Positions 12,054 to 22,237 of a stretch of DNA of 38,168 bases are shown piece after piece (position 1 is the stretch's first letter; the number at the start of each line of letters is the position of its first letter). The notes beneath the pieces are model-generated. The model had not been told where the DNA came from and made no database searches. It saw nothing but the letters and a program-made list of their open reading frames with translations. A program made the position numbers and the translations under genes. Where the stretch lies: assembly GCA_002269645.1 (NCBI GenBank), contig NIVC01004684.1, positions 1 to 38,168 on the forward strand, written 5' to 3'. This DNA is from Macrostomum lignano. Lineage: Eukaryota.

Positions 12054-13134
12054 ATTTTCACTTTGTATATGACTTTTCTTGCCTTTTTCTCTTTTCTTTT
12101 CTTTTTTTTCTTTCTCCTCTTTCCCCTCTCTCTTCTCCCTCCTTTCTTTTCCCTTTCTCTTCCTCTCCTTTCTTTCTTCTCCCAATTTTTTGGTTTTTGC
12201 ATTTTCGATTTTGCGACTTACCTTGGCCAGCGGCCATTTCACCTGTCCAGTTTGGACAGGTCGGACGGATGTTGGGCATGTATGAGTGTGGCATAGATTT
12301 TTAGGGGAATTTTTATTCCGGCGTATACCATGACATGATCCTGACTATGGGTCTGGCCCAGACAGGGTGGGGCCGTGGCGAGAGATAAGGAGAGACAAGC
12401 AAGAGAGAGAAGCAAGAGCGCGAAGGAGGGAGAGAAGAGAAAGAGAGAAAGAGTGTGAAAACCCCCAGCCAGCTGCTAGGCGGGGTTAGGGCCTAATAAA
12501 GGAGCGCAGGAGGTTTAGCATAATATATGTGGAGAGTTTTCATTGGCTGGCAGGGGAAAAGCAAGAACTGAAATTATTGATTGCGCAAGACCCTACAGAC
12601 ATACATAAAGATACAATGTACACAATAATTAGCAATTGATATAGATTCGTTGGGCGCTACTACAAGTAAACGTGAGAATATACAATTAGAGAATATTAAA
12701 TGAGAAATTGTAGTGAAATTATAGTCCAATGGCCTTTTTGTGGGACCACCTTAAACTGGCAACATCATAATAAGAATAACTTATAAGCCTAATATGTCAT
12801 TATAATGTTTAGCATTTTATTTTTTTAAGGCTTTCTTTTATAATTTAAAAAAACCTAATTTACATTTATAATATTATCCAAAATGTCAATAGGCCCTAGC
12901 CAAATCCTTTGTAATAGGTCCTTGTGCTTATAAAAGTTAGGCCTAGCTTTAGGTTTAAGCTTTAAAAATGAATGCATAAAGGGATTGTTAACTTGCTAAG
13001 GAATATGTGCTAGGGGTAACTTCTGTCCCTACAAATGATTCCCTAGCTGTCACTAAGTTGTTACAGGGTTTGACTTCTGTCTTTATAAATTGTTCTAATG
13101 TTGGTAGCTGCCACCAAGACTATTCTAGTATTAA

Positions 13135-13323
13135 CAGGGGCGTAGCCAGGAATTTCCTACGGGGGGGGGGATACACCAAGGTGAATTTCCTACGGGGGGG
13201 ATACACCAAGGTAAAAGTGCTCACATGGTTGCATGTATAGCGAAAAAGGGCAACAAAAAAGTTTTGGTCAGGCTCTTCGGGTGGGGATACATCCCCCCTG
13301 ATCCCCCCCTCCCTACGCCACTG
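13135..13323. mobile_element. hAT-type MITE (189 bp)
   Basis: Termini CAGGGGCGTAG and CTACGCCACTG. Exact 8-bp TSD AGTATTAA (13127-13134, 13324-13331). Internal ~30-bp direct duplication. Confidence 0.88.
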
Positions 13324-14902
13324 AGTATTAATAAATTATAAGTTTATTAATCTTAGAATAAGTTTAAGAATGTTTCTTAGAATATATCTGAGTATATTAT
13401 TCAGTCGTTTTAATTATTTCTTTTCTATTATTCTGGTAGTGTTTACAATTTCTAAGTCGTGGGCATTACCAAGATCAAAGGGTCACAGCCTCTGGTTATT
13501 TCGTATACATGTATATAGATCTAGATCTACTTCATAATTCTCTTACTACTCAATACTTTCCTTCTTAGTAGTATATACGGTACACATTTCTGTCTACTTC
13601 ACTCTTACTTCAGCAAATGAAAAACTCAGAAAACACTTCAATATTTACTTGAAACACTTCTTAACTATGTTACTGTTTAAGCTGCAAGAGCAAGTTGTGA
13701 AATGAGACCAAATTGGTTGCTCCTCTCTCAGCAAAATTGGCTTCTATTTATACCAATTTTTAGGTCTAGTTTTATCACGCGCTATGGCTGAGGCCTAGCG
13801 CAAGCTGCGCTGGACTTTCAAGAGAGCAGTTATCAGAGTGCTAGCAGAAAGAAGGATTAACAGAAGGGTTGACAGAAAGGGGGGTTGCCAAACAGAGGCA
13901 CGAGAAGCCTGTACTTATAGGATAGTGGGTCAATTTCACCATACAGTGAAAGCCTCCCCATTGCGCCAGAGTACGCAAGGCTGCTCTCACTGCCCCCCCC
14001 CCAATCTGGCATGATTCAGTTCTATTTTTAGAAACAGGCACGGAACCCTCAATTTGAGAGGCAAGGATGCCATTCCTAATTTAGAGCCTGACACCTGAGA
14101 TTGCACAAGGGAGCGCAAAAGGACAGAGCGCCTAAGGCATGTGATCCGCTTCCGTACAGCCAGACAGAGAGAGTACAGCCAGAACTGGCTGGACTCGAGC
14201 CAAGAAAACGCAGCCACACAAAAAGGGGGGGATGGAGACTGACAAAGAATGAAACAAGGACAGGCTGAGCGGAGAAGCTCAGACATAGGGAACACAAACA
14301 AACCGGAAAAATGGGGAAAAAGGGGGAACGCAGGCAGACAAAAGGACAACGGGGAAGGAGAGGGAGATTGGAAGAGGGAGAGAGGGAGAGCTGAGGCCAG
14401 CGGCAGCCAGCAACTCAGAAGGGCGCAGGGCACAGCTGACAAAGGGGGCACCTAACACTAAACTAATGTTCACTTCATATATAAGATTCGAGAGTGGGAC
14501 ATTAAAAACCATAGCATAGAGGGCCTAGTCTGTTTCATACTTAGAGCTACATCAAAAGAAAATTGATGAGATATTGTCATTTATATTAGACCTATGCTAG
14601 GCTTAGACCATTATATAGGTATCTAATCTAAATATACTAAATCTCTTATAATATACTAAATCTGAAAATTTAATTGACTATGGGGGTCAATGTCTCTAAT
14701 AGTGACAAATATAATCCACTTTAATAATAGCCACTTTGGTAACTACCTTTTTGGTAACAAAAAAGACAACTTCGGTAATTCTTTTGGAGCATATCAATCA
14801 ATATATACTATTATTCTCACTTGTTACTGACGTAGACTTTTACCAAAAGTGACTAGGTCTTCTATACTTCTAAACATGATGGTCATGTCCATAATATAAA
14901 AT

Positions 14903-15565
14903 TAGTGTTCCGCCGTAAGGAGGGTGCATGTACCATAGCCGTAGCCATAAGCAAAACTATAGCTTATTCCAATTCTCCATATTCTGTAGCTGTAGGGACC
15001 CCGAAATTACCATAGTCCCGTAGTTCCTGTAGCCATAGCCATAGTTTTAACAAAAAGTCTAAAAAACAAAATATTTTGAATCAAAAAGATAACCTAGTGC
15101 TTAAACAACAGCAAATTAAATTAGAAAATATAAGAAACACTTAATTGTCTTTGTAAGATTATATTTTGTCTTTTTTCGAGCAACAATACTTAATTGTTAT
15201 TGAAAGTACTAACGCTAAAGTTTTTCACATTCTGTACAAACTTTCAAACAAAGTTTTTCAATTGGAGTTTGCTAGTGTTTTATTGTACTTTTTTAGGTAT
15301 ATTTTATAAGTTTCTAGGTTGATAATACAGTTTACTAAAAGTATCTTTTTTTACTCTACCTGTTTCTAATATTTTTTCAATTTTTAACATTAATAACCAT
15401 GGCTATGGGAATCTACAGAATGAGACAGCAACTACCATATTTCCGTAGTCATAGCCGTAAGAGCAGCTAGCTACTATAGGCGTATCCATAGCTGCCGTAG
15501 GCACTTATTTTACCATACTTGCCGTAGGATCCTGTAGCCATAGCTACAGCTATGGCAGAACACTA
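14903..15565. mobile_element. hAT-type non-autonomous element (663 bp)
   Basis: 15-bp TIR TAGTGTTC(C/T)GCC(G/A)TA. Exact 8-bp TSD TATAAAAT (14895-14902, 15566-15573). Many subterminal CCGTAG/CCATAG/CTGTAG motifs. Confidence 0.88.
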
Positions 15566-16231
15566 TATAAAATGTTTTATTTTAAAAGCAGTGTAACCAT
15601 GTCTATCATGTCAATGAAGCCTATGTAGTGCTAGCTTTTGTGTTATTAATATTTAATAGGTTTATACTTAGAGATACAAATGGTGGCTTAATGGTGGTGT
15701 TGCTAATATAGAATCCATTTGCACAGTAGCTATCTCTATTAGAAAAATGTAGAGCCATAATACATAAGTGCATGAAAAAAATGAGTATATGAGTACTAGT
15801 ACATGAATTTTTTTGAAAGTAGAGACTCCAGTTAGATTTTGAAGGAAATTATTTTTTAGTATTTTTATCTTATTTAATAAATCTCATTTGCCTAAATAAA
15901 AAGGGTTTTAAAAATTGGTCAGAAAAATTATAAAACTTTTTGTTATTTTAAATTTGCAACATTTTTAAAATGCATTTGCCTATTCGGCACTGTTGCACTA
16001 TGATCATCTAATATACTAAAAAATGGTTTGTTTGTCTGACTATCTACATGTAGGTATGTGATTGTTTTTGCTTTATAACTTGAGATTTTTATTAATATTT
16101 TGGATATAACTTTTTTACTTAATGTATCTCTTTGCTTAATATCATTTTTAGCTTTTTTTATCCCTTATTTATTGCTAAAATACTAAATCTAATATAGGCA
16201 GAATTGTCAAAACCTTTACAATCAACTTAAA

Positions 16232-16530
16232 CATACATTCGCAACCTTCAAATTTCGGTCGGCCATGCGACTTAGTTTTAACAAAAATGCGACGTAGTTT
16301 TTGGCCAAAAATGCGACTTACATGTAAAAAAAACCCGAAAGCAAAATTAACGCAACTTTGGGTAAACGGCAGGAGTAACTATGACTGTCTTATAAAGCCA
16401 AAATGCCTCGTCAGCTACTTAGTACTACTACTCGGTGGTTTTTTCGGGTTGGCATTTTTGCGACTTCCTTGGTTGGCCGCCAAATCGATCGGCCGGATCG
16501 GCCGACTCGGCCGACTGTTGCGCATGTATG
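16232..16530. mobile_element. MITE (299 bp), same family as 9455-12284
   Basis: TIR CATACATTCGCAAC and GTTGCGCATGTATG. Exact 8-bp TSD AACTTAAA (16224-16231, 16531-16538). Subterminal TGCGACTTA motifs shared with the larger copy. Confidence 0.85.
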
Positions 16531-17362
16531 AACTTAAAAGTCATTTGTGGGCCTAAAATGCATGCAAGGACTATTAGCAAAGCATTTTTTGTCATTTTTT
16601 GGTATAACCAATGCCTTGGCTTTAGTTCTTAGTAGACATAATTTAGCATATAAAATTTGTTTCTTGACATGGTGTGATAAAAAACCTTTTGAAAAAGTAA
16701 AAACAATAAAGATTTTTCTAAATCTCAAGGATAAGCCTATCAAAAAAGAATTAGTTAAAAATTGAAAAATATCCTTGACTATATTGGCTTTGCATTTCTA
16801 ATAATTTTTTATGGTAGAATCTAGCATTTTTTCGATTTTACAAATTCAAAATCACATTTTTTGTAAAATAGGTTTCTTCAAAAATGAACAACTTTGCAAT
16901 GCAAATACATAGTAAAAAAACAATATAAACTAAATAGAAGAGAAAAATACTTTTTTCATACTAAAAGTTGTCATCTTTATCATAGAAATAGCTTTTTAAG
17001 AAATGGCTCAGAGAAAGCTGAGACAAAATATATCGAATGTGGATGGCAGTTAGATTTAGTTAGAGGTAAGTCGGCTAAGCGACATTGTCACACAACTGGC
17101 GACAGTCATTTCTGCCCAGTCCACTGGCATTCATTTGTCATGTGGGGCTTGTGTTCAAACTTCACACACATGAAGGCCGACCCCCAAGGTGCACTGAGTG
17201 TACATGAGTGTGTAAAAGTGCGATACTGCGTACAGTATTGACGTACTTGTATGTGCCCAGGTGCTTATAATGCTTCTGCAATTAATATTGATGTTAATAT
17301 CAGACAGAAGGCACTAGTGTAAACTATCTGGGTTTATTCATGCTATAGAAGACTCAGTAACT

Positions 17363-18091
17363 ATGCTGCATAGCAACGATATTAAGCTAGACATGGGCGG
17401 CGGTCTAGCCGAAGATTTCATGTACAGCAACAATGTGGCCTCGGCCCAGATCTACATCCGCATGGGATTCTTGCGCAAAGTGTACGGCATCCTGTCTGCT
17501 CAGCTGCTGGTCACCAGCCTGGTCTGTGCCGCATTCTTGACTAACGCCGAAGTTGTGAAAGCCTCGCTTCATGGTGGCATGTTCGGCCTATTGGTGTTCT
17601 GCTTCCTTGCCACTATGGGCCTCGTGTTTGCCCTGCACTGGAAGGCCAGGGAGACCCCTATTAACTTTGTGCTGCTGTTCGCCTTCACCCTGTGCGAATC
17701 TGTCACCGTAGGATTCTGCGTTGTGCACTATTCAGTTGGCCTGGTGCTGCAGGCTCTGCTGCTTACTCTGCTTGTGACCGTTGGCCTGACACTCTTCACT
17801 CTGCAGACTAAACGCGATTTTAGCGCTTGGGAAGCTCCGCTACTGGTGGCTCTGCTGCTGCTATTAGGAGGCTGCGTTATTCAAATGTTTGTACAGAGCA
17901 GCGCCCTTCATCTGGCCATTTCTCTTGGCGGAGCCTTCTTATTCTCGCTGTTTATTGTGTTTGACACGGCCAATATTATGCACAAGGTCAGCCCCGAGGA
18001 GTACATCTTGGCTAGTGTTGATCTCTACCTGGATATCATCAACTTGTTTCTCTACATTCTGCGCATTCTCAACGCTTTGAAGAAAGATTAA
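17363..18091 (+). CDS. TMBIM4: Transmembrane BAX inhibitor motif protein 4 (GAAP/Lifeguard 4), 242 aa, single exon
   Basis: Intact ORF with EDFMYSNNVASAQIYIRMGFLRKVYGILSAQL, multiple hydrophobic helices and the C-terminal SPEEYILASVDLYLDIINLFL signature. Closely matches human TMBIM4 as I recall it. Confidence 0.95.
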   Translation: MLHSNDIKLDMGGGLAEDFMYSNNVASAQIYIRMGFLRKVYGILSAQLLVTSLVCAAFLTNAEVVKASLHGGMFGLLVFCFLATMGLVFALHWKARETPINFVLLFAFTLCESVTVGFCVVHYSVGLVLQALLLTLLVTVGLTLFTLQTKRDFSAWEAPLLVALLLLLGGCVIQMFVQSSALHLAISLGGAFLFSLFIVFDTANIMHKVSPEEYILASVDLYLDIINLFLYILRILNALKKD

Positions 18092-19122
18092 TCTGACTTT
18101 TCAATTGAAAGTTGATCACTAGACTGACTTATTAAAGGGTTAAGACTGTTGAAAACGTTACTGTGACAAGAATTGCTAAAGAGTCATTGAAAACAAATCA
18201 CTGGGGACTTTAGCAACTCTGGTGCGACTGTTGAGTCACGAGAGCGCATCACGTGAGCTGCAGAATCGTGAAAAAGTCGCTGTGTTAGCGCTTAACTTTC
18301 TACTGACTCAAGTAGACTAAACGCGATTCTTATTCATAGTGACGCAGATGCGCTGTAGATGCAACTCAATGATTCTACAGGGACTCCAGAAAGCCTCAGA
18401 GGCCCAGAGTCGTTTCAGAGTCGCAGACAATAAAAAAACGTCTCAAATAGACTCTTAGGCGACCATTGGACGACTTTTTTGTGACTTGTACCGTCACAGC
18501 CCGTCTTTTTAAAGTCGTCTAGAGTCACTTATTTCCCTTTTCACCTGTGTTACCTGCAGCGACTTTGGAGCGACGCAAATGACTAAAAGATACATGTCTA
18601 AAAGATTATATTAAAAGGGTAAAAAAGAGTTTTATGTTTTTATTTAGGATTTAAAATTAATAAAGAATAATTCTTCAGCTATTAATAATTACAAAACGTC
18701 AGTGCCACTGTAACCTTTGTGATAAATTCACAGCTTTACTAATGTATAGAGAGTTTCTATTTTTAAGTTTTTCAACTTCTTGGTTAAAAAAAAACTGGCA
18801 CATTATTGATTTTATTTATTCAGAAAATTATTGTTATTTGAGCTGCTACTAAGGCAAGTAGACTTTTGCGCGTGTTTTTCCTCTTATTTTTACTCCAGTT
18901 TTTTTTCTCTTTAAATCTGCAGATAATTTAATACAGTAATTTTTTTGACCAATAATAAGTGTTGACTGTACTTTTGTCTAATATTCACATTGTTATATGG
19001 CACTTATTATTTGTCCAGAGCAGTAACTTTCCTTAAATTTGTTTTTTTTAAATTAAGCGCGTTGTTGGGTATTTTGTTTTTTTTTGCCGTGACAAACCGA
19101 TGTGTTATACTCCTGTCTGCAG

Positions 19123-19728
19123 CACAGATACTAGAATAGCTAAGACTAGATGGGTCACTCAGCACATTTGCGTGTAAGCTACTTTTCAGTAGTAAATTAA
19201 ACTGAAGCATTTTATGTATTTTTACTTAGACTTCTTTATTGGCTCTTAATTACCCCTCCACCCCAAGCTAAACCTTCCAACTCCACACTTAGCCTCTACC
19301 CCTGCCCCGCCCCAATTTTTATTTCCTTTCTCGGAATTCCAGTCTAAATCTGTAATGTACATTTCAGTGGCCAATGTACATTACTGCTGAACCAATTAGC
19401 CAGTTGTTTACGCCTGCAAGCTTGGGCTTCTAAACTTATCAAAGTCATTTCCACATAACCCCCCACCCCACCCCACTTTTTATTGTCTCTCTGAATTCTA
19501 GCCTAAAGCTGCCATGTACATTTCAGTGGACTGGCCAATGTACATTATGGCGAATTAATTAGCCAGTTGTTTACGCCTGCAAGCTTGGGCTTCTAAACTT
19601 ATCAAAGTCATTTCAGCTGCCTCTATTTTTAGCTTATGTATTCTTCTTTGCTACTGAACTGAAAATAGAAAGCTGTTTTGCTAAGCATATATGTCTGAGT
19701 GACCCATCTGGTTATTTTAGTATCTGTG
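19123..19728. mobile_element. MITE-like element with its own TIRs (copy 1; carries an ~150-bp internal duplication)
   Basis: Left end CACAGATACTAGAATA...AGATGGGTCACTCAG; right end CTGAGTGACCCATCTGGTTATTTTAGTATCTGTG. Inverted homologue at 21177-21620. No TSD identified. Confidence 0.65.
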
Positions 19729-20094
19729 GCCCTCTGCAGTTAGCTTAATCAACACTTCACTATCTTTGTTTGCTTTTTGCTGCTGAAGAAAAAACTTTAA
19801 CTTCATATAAGCTTCACAGCTTTTTCGAGTCTTATTTTCCAACCACAGCCAATGGGATTAATCTGAGTTGCATTAAATTTTGCTAATTGGCACTTTAAGA
19901 CTGGTAACCCCACTTGTTTTGGATAAAATGAAGCTAAATACAAAAAATGTCATTTTTGTTGTTCGCATCGTCAATTGGATTCTTTTTGAGTTAAATATTT
20001 CTTGTATCAAATTTAATAGTTTTTGTTACACGCTCGGGGAATCTAGTCTAGAACGTCCTGGTTAATTCCAATTTAAATTGTTTAAGTTGAGCTT

Positions 20095-20765
20095 TGAGGA
20101 TACAAGGAATCGAACCTAGGACCTCTGATTTATCCGAACTATTTTTTTAAATGGTCACTGCTGAATGCTTTTAGATTTGAGGAGTCTAAGAATCAATCCT
20201 AGGACCTCTGATTTATTAAAACTATTTAAATGGTCGCTGCTGAATACTTTTAGATTTGAGGAGTCTAAGAATCGATCCTAGGACCTCTGATTTATTAAAA
20301 CTATTTAAATGGTCGCTGCTGAATGCTTTTAGATTTGAGGAGTCTAGGAATCGATCCTAGGACCTCTGATTAATCCAAACTATTTAAATGGTCACTGCTG
20401 AATGCTTTTAGATTTGAGGAGTCTAGGAATCAATCCTAGGACCTCTGATTTATCCAAACTATTTAAATGGTCACTGCTGAATACTTTTAGATTTGAGGAG
20501 TCTAAGAATCGATCCTAGGACCTCTGATTTATTAAAACTATTTAAATGGTCGCTGCTGAATGCTTTTAGATTTGAGGAGTCTAGGAATCGATCCTAGGAC
20601 CTCTGATTAATCCAAACTATTTAAATGGTCACTGCTGAATGCTTTTAGATTTGAGGAGTCTAGGAATCGATCCTAGGACCTCTGATTTATCAAAACTATT
20701 TAAATGGTCACTGCTGAATACTTTTAGATTTGAGGAGTCTAGGAATCAAAACTAGGACCTCCGAT
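20095..20765. repeat. 79-bp tandem repeat (~8.5 copies) with a tRNA T-arm/B-box-like motif on the minus strand
   Basis: CTGAAT recurs at 20161, 20240, 20319. Minus strand reads AGAGGTC-CTAGG-(T/A)TCGATT-CCTAG. The first copy has GGTTCGATTCC. Confidence 0.9.
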
Positions 20766-20822
20766 CTACCATATAAAATGGATAATTCTGCAATATTTGA
20801 ATTCGCACAGCAGAGCATCGGC

Positions 20823-22143
20823 ATGGCACGGCGCAAAGCACAGCCGCGTAACAGTCGGAGTCGTGGATCTACAGACCAGACCAGCTCGGCAACTCCGCAT
20901 CAGCCACAGCTGCCGCAGCAACTAGGAGAGTCTGTAGCCCCATTCCGACCATTCTGGGCCAGTACGCCAGCTGATCCAATGTCGGCCAATGTCCGAACCT
21001 CCTCGGCTGGAGCTGCGCCGCCTCCGCCAGAACGGGCGGCAGCTTCGGCGGCGTCTGCCGCGGTGCTGTCTGGCATGCGCAACAACTCGTCTGCTGGGGA
21101 CAGCCGGCGGCAGGGCCGGGTGAGTTGCCAGGGATTTCACTGGTCTCTGGTAGTGTTTAGTGTCCCTCACCTGCTGCTAGATACTAGAATAACTAAATGG
21201 CCACTCGGGCATATATAACTTAGTAAAACAGCTTTCTACTTTCAGTTCAGTAGCAATAAAGCATACATAAGCTATTTTATAAAAATAAAACCAGCTTAAA
21301 TGACTTTGATTAGTTTAGAAGCTCAATCTTGCTAGCGTAAATAGCTTGCTAATTGGTTCGCCATAATGTACATTGGCCAGTCCACTGATATGTACATGGC
21401 AGCTTTAGGCTGGAATTCCGAGAAAGGCAATAAAAAGTGGGTTGGGGTGGGGGGTTATGTGTAAAGGCGCTGTTGAAGGGTTTAAGCTGGGGAGGGAGGT
21501 AAGAGCCAATAAAATGAGCCTTGGCTTTAAAAATACATTAAAATGCTCAGTTAAACTTACTACTGAACTGAAATTAGCTTACACGCAAATGTGCTGATCC
21601 AGTTATTCCAGTATCTGTTGCCTCAGGTAGTGTCTAGAGTCTATCTTTCATCACCTGAAGCACGGGTCTCAGGTAGGGTGTTTAGGGTCTATCTTTCATT
21701 ACCCGAAGCACGAGTGTCTGCTGTTCAATCCTCAGAATTCAAAGCAACGCCAGAAGCAGCATAAAAAGCAACAACAACACCCGCAGCGAAAACAGAAACA
21801 AAAATCTTCAAAGCCTGAGCCTCGAACTCATCGGCGGCGTAAAAATCACATCGACAGAGAAATTAGGTTTATGCAGACCACCACTAAACTGTTAATTCGC
21901 AAGCTGCCATTTATGCGCCTAGTCAAGGAGGTGACCGCGCATTTGAAGCACAATGGTCAGCTGCCCGCCGCGCCAGGTGTTGGCGAAACCTGGCAAGCTG
22001 CCGCCGTTCTGTGCCTGCAGACCGCCGCTGAAGCCTACGTTATTCAACTGCTGTCGGATGCTTATAAAATCTGCATCCATTGCCGCAGGGTGACGCTAAA
22101 ACGGGAGGATCTGGCGCTGGTCTGCCAACTGTGCCGCGTCTGA
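20823..22143 (+). CDS. CENPA: Centromeric histone H3 variant (CENP-A/CenH3-like), 234 aa, 2 exons
   Basis: Exon 1 20823-21119 (MARRKAQPR...; in-frame upstream ATG at 20778), donor GTGAGT, acceptor CCTCAG, exon 2 21736-22143; phase 0. Histone fold REIRFMQTTTKLLIRKLPFMRLVKEV...TWQAAAVLCLQTAAEAYVIQLLSDAYKICIHCRRVTL shows CenH3 hallmarks: H3 Q68 replaced, F84>W, T107>A, longer loop 1, divergent long N-tail. Confidence 0.82.
21177..21620. mobile_element. MITE-like element (copy 2, inverted relative to copy 1) in the CenH3 intron
   Basis: Aligns by eye to the reverse complement of 19123-19728, e.g. the shared core CCATAATGTACATTGGCCAGTCCACTGA(A/T)ATGTACATGGCAGCTTTAGGCT. Own TIRs AGATACT(A/G)GAATAACT. 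Confidence 0.7.
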
Positions 22144-22237
22144 ATTTTTAAAAACAATTTTTGTGTTGCGTGAAGTTTTACTTTCTTTAGTTGGATAGGA
22201 GTGCAAAATTTCGCAATTCTAATTGACCGAATCTACG

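Larger units (their letters stand above)
9455..12284. mobile_element. DNA transposon derivative (2830 bp) with 14-bp TIR and 8-bp TSD; P-like or hAT-like, superfamily uncertain
   Basis: TIR CATATATGCCCAAC (9455) and GTTGGGCATGTATG (ending 12284). Exact TSD AGTGTGGC at 9447-9454 and 12285-12292. Ends are homologous to the element at 16232-16530. Confidence 0.85.
8927..12351. mobile_element. Outer non-autonomous TIR element (~0.6 kb net) interrupted by a nested 2.8-kb element
   Basis: Inverted termini CCCATAGTCAGGAT (8927-8940) and ATCCTGACTATGGG (12338-12351). Imperfect 6-bp flanking duplication TCTGAC/TCTGGC. At least 7 subterminal TGGCGTA-type motifs. Confidence 0.65.

Noticed and set aside
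10607-12304. Long Leu/Ser, QSGGTKL and CDLVPPD ORFs
   Set aside because: Translations of a GA-rich tract and a 21-bp minisatellite lying inside a transposon.
12648-12659. Minus-strand TAGCGCCCAACG resembling a tRNA-Lys primer-binding site (TGGCGCCCAACG)
   Set aside because: One mismatch, no adjacent CA-ending LTR, and no paired LTR or gag/pol remnant found.
13841-14512. Overlapping short ORFs in a purine-rich segment, possibly a retroelement UTR
   Set aside because: No domain, termini or TSD that I could identify.
18140-18590. GAGTC/GCGAC-rich segment after TMBIM4, possibly another TIR element
   Set aside because: No convincing terminal inverted repeats or TSD found.
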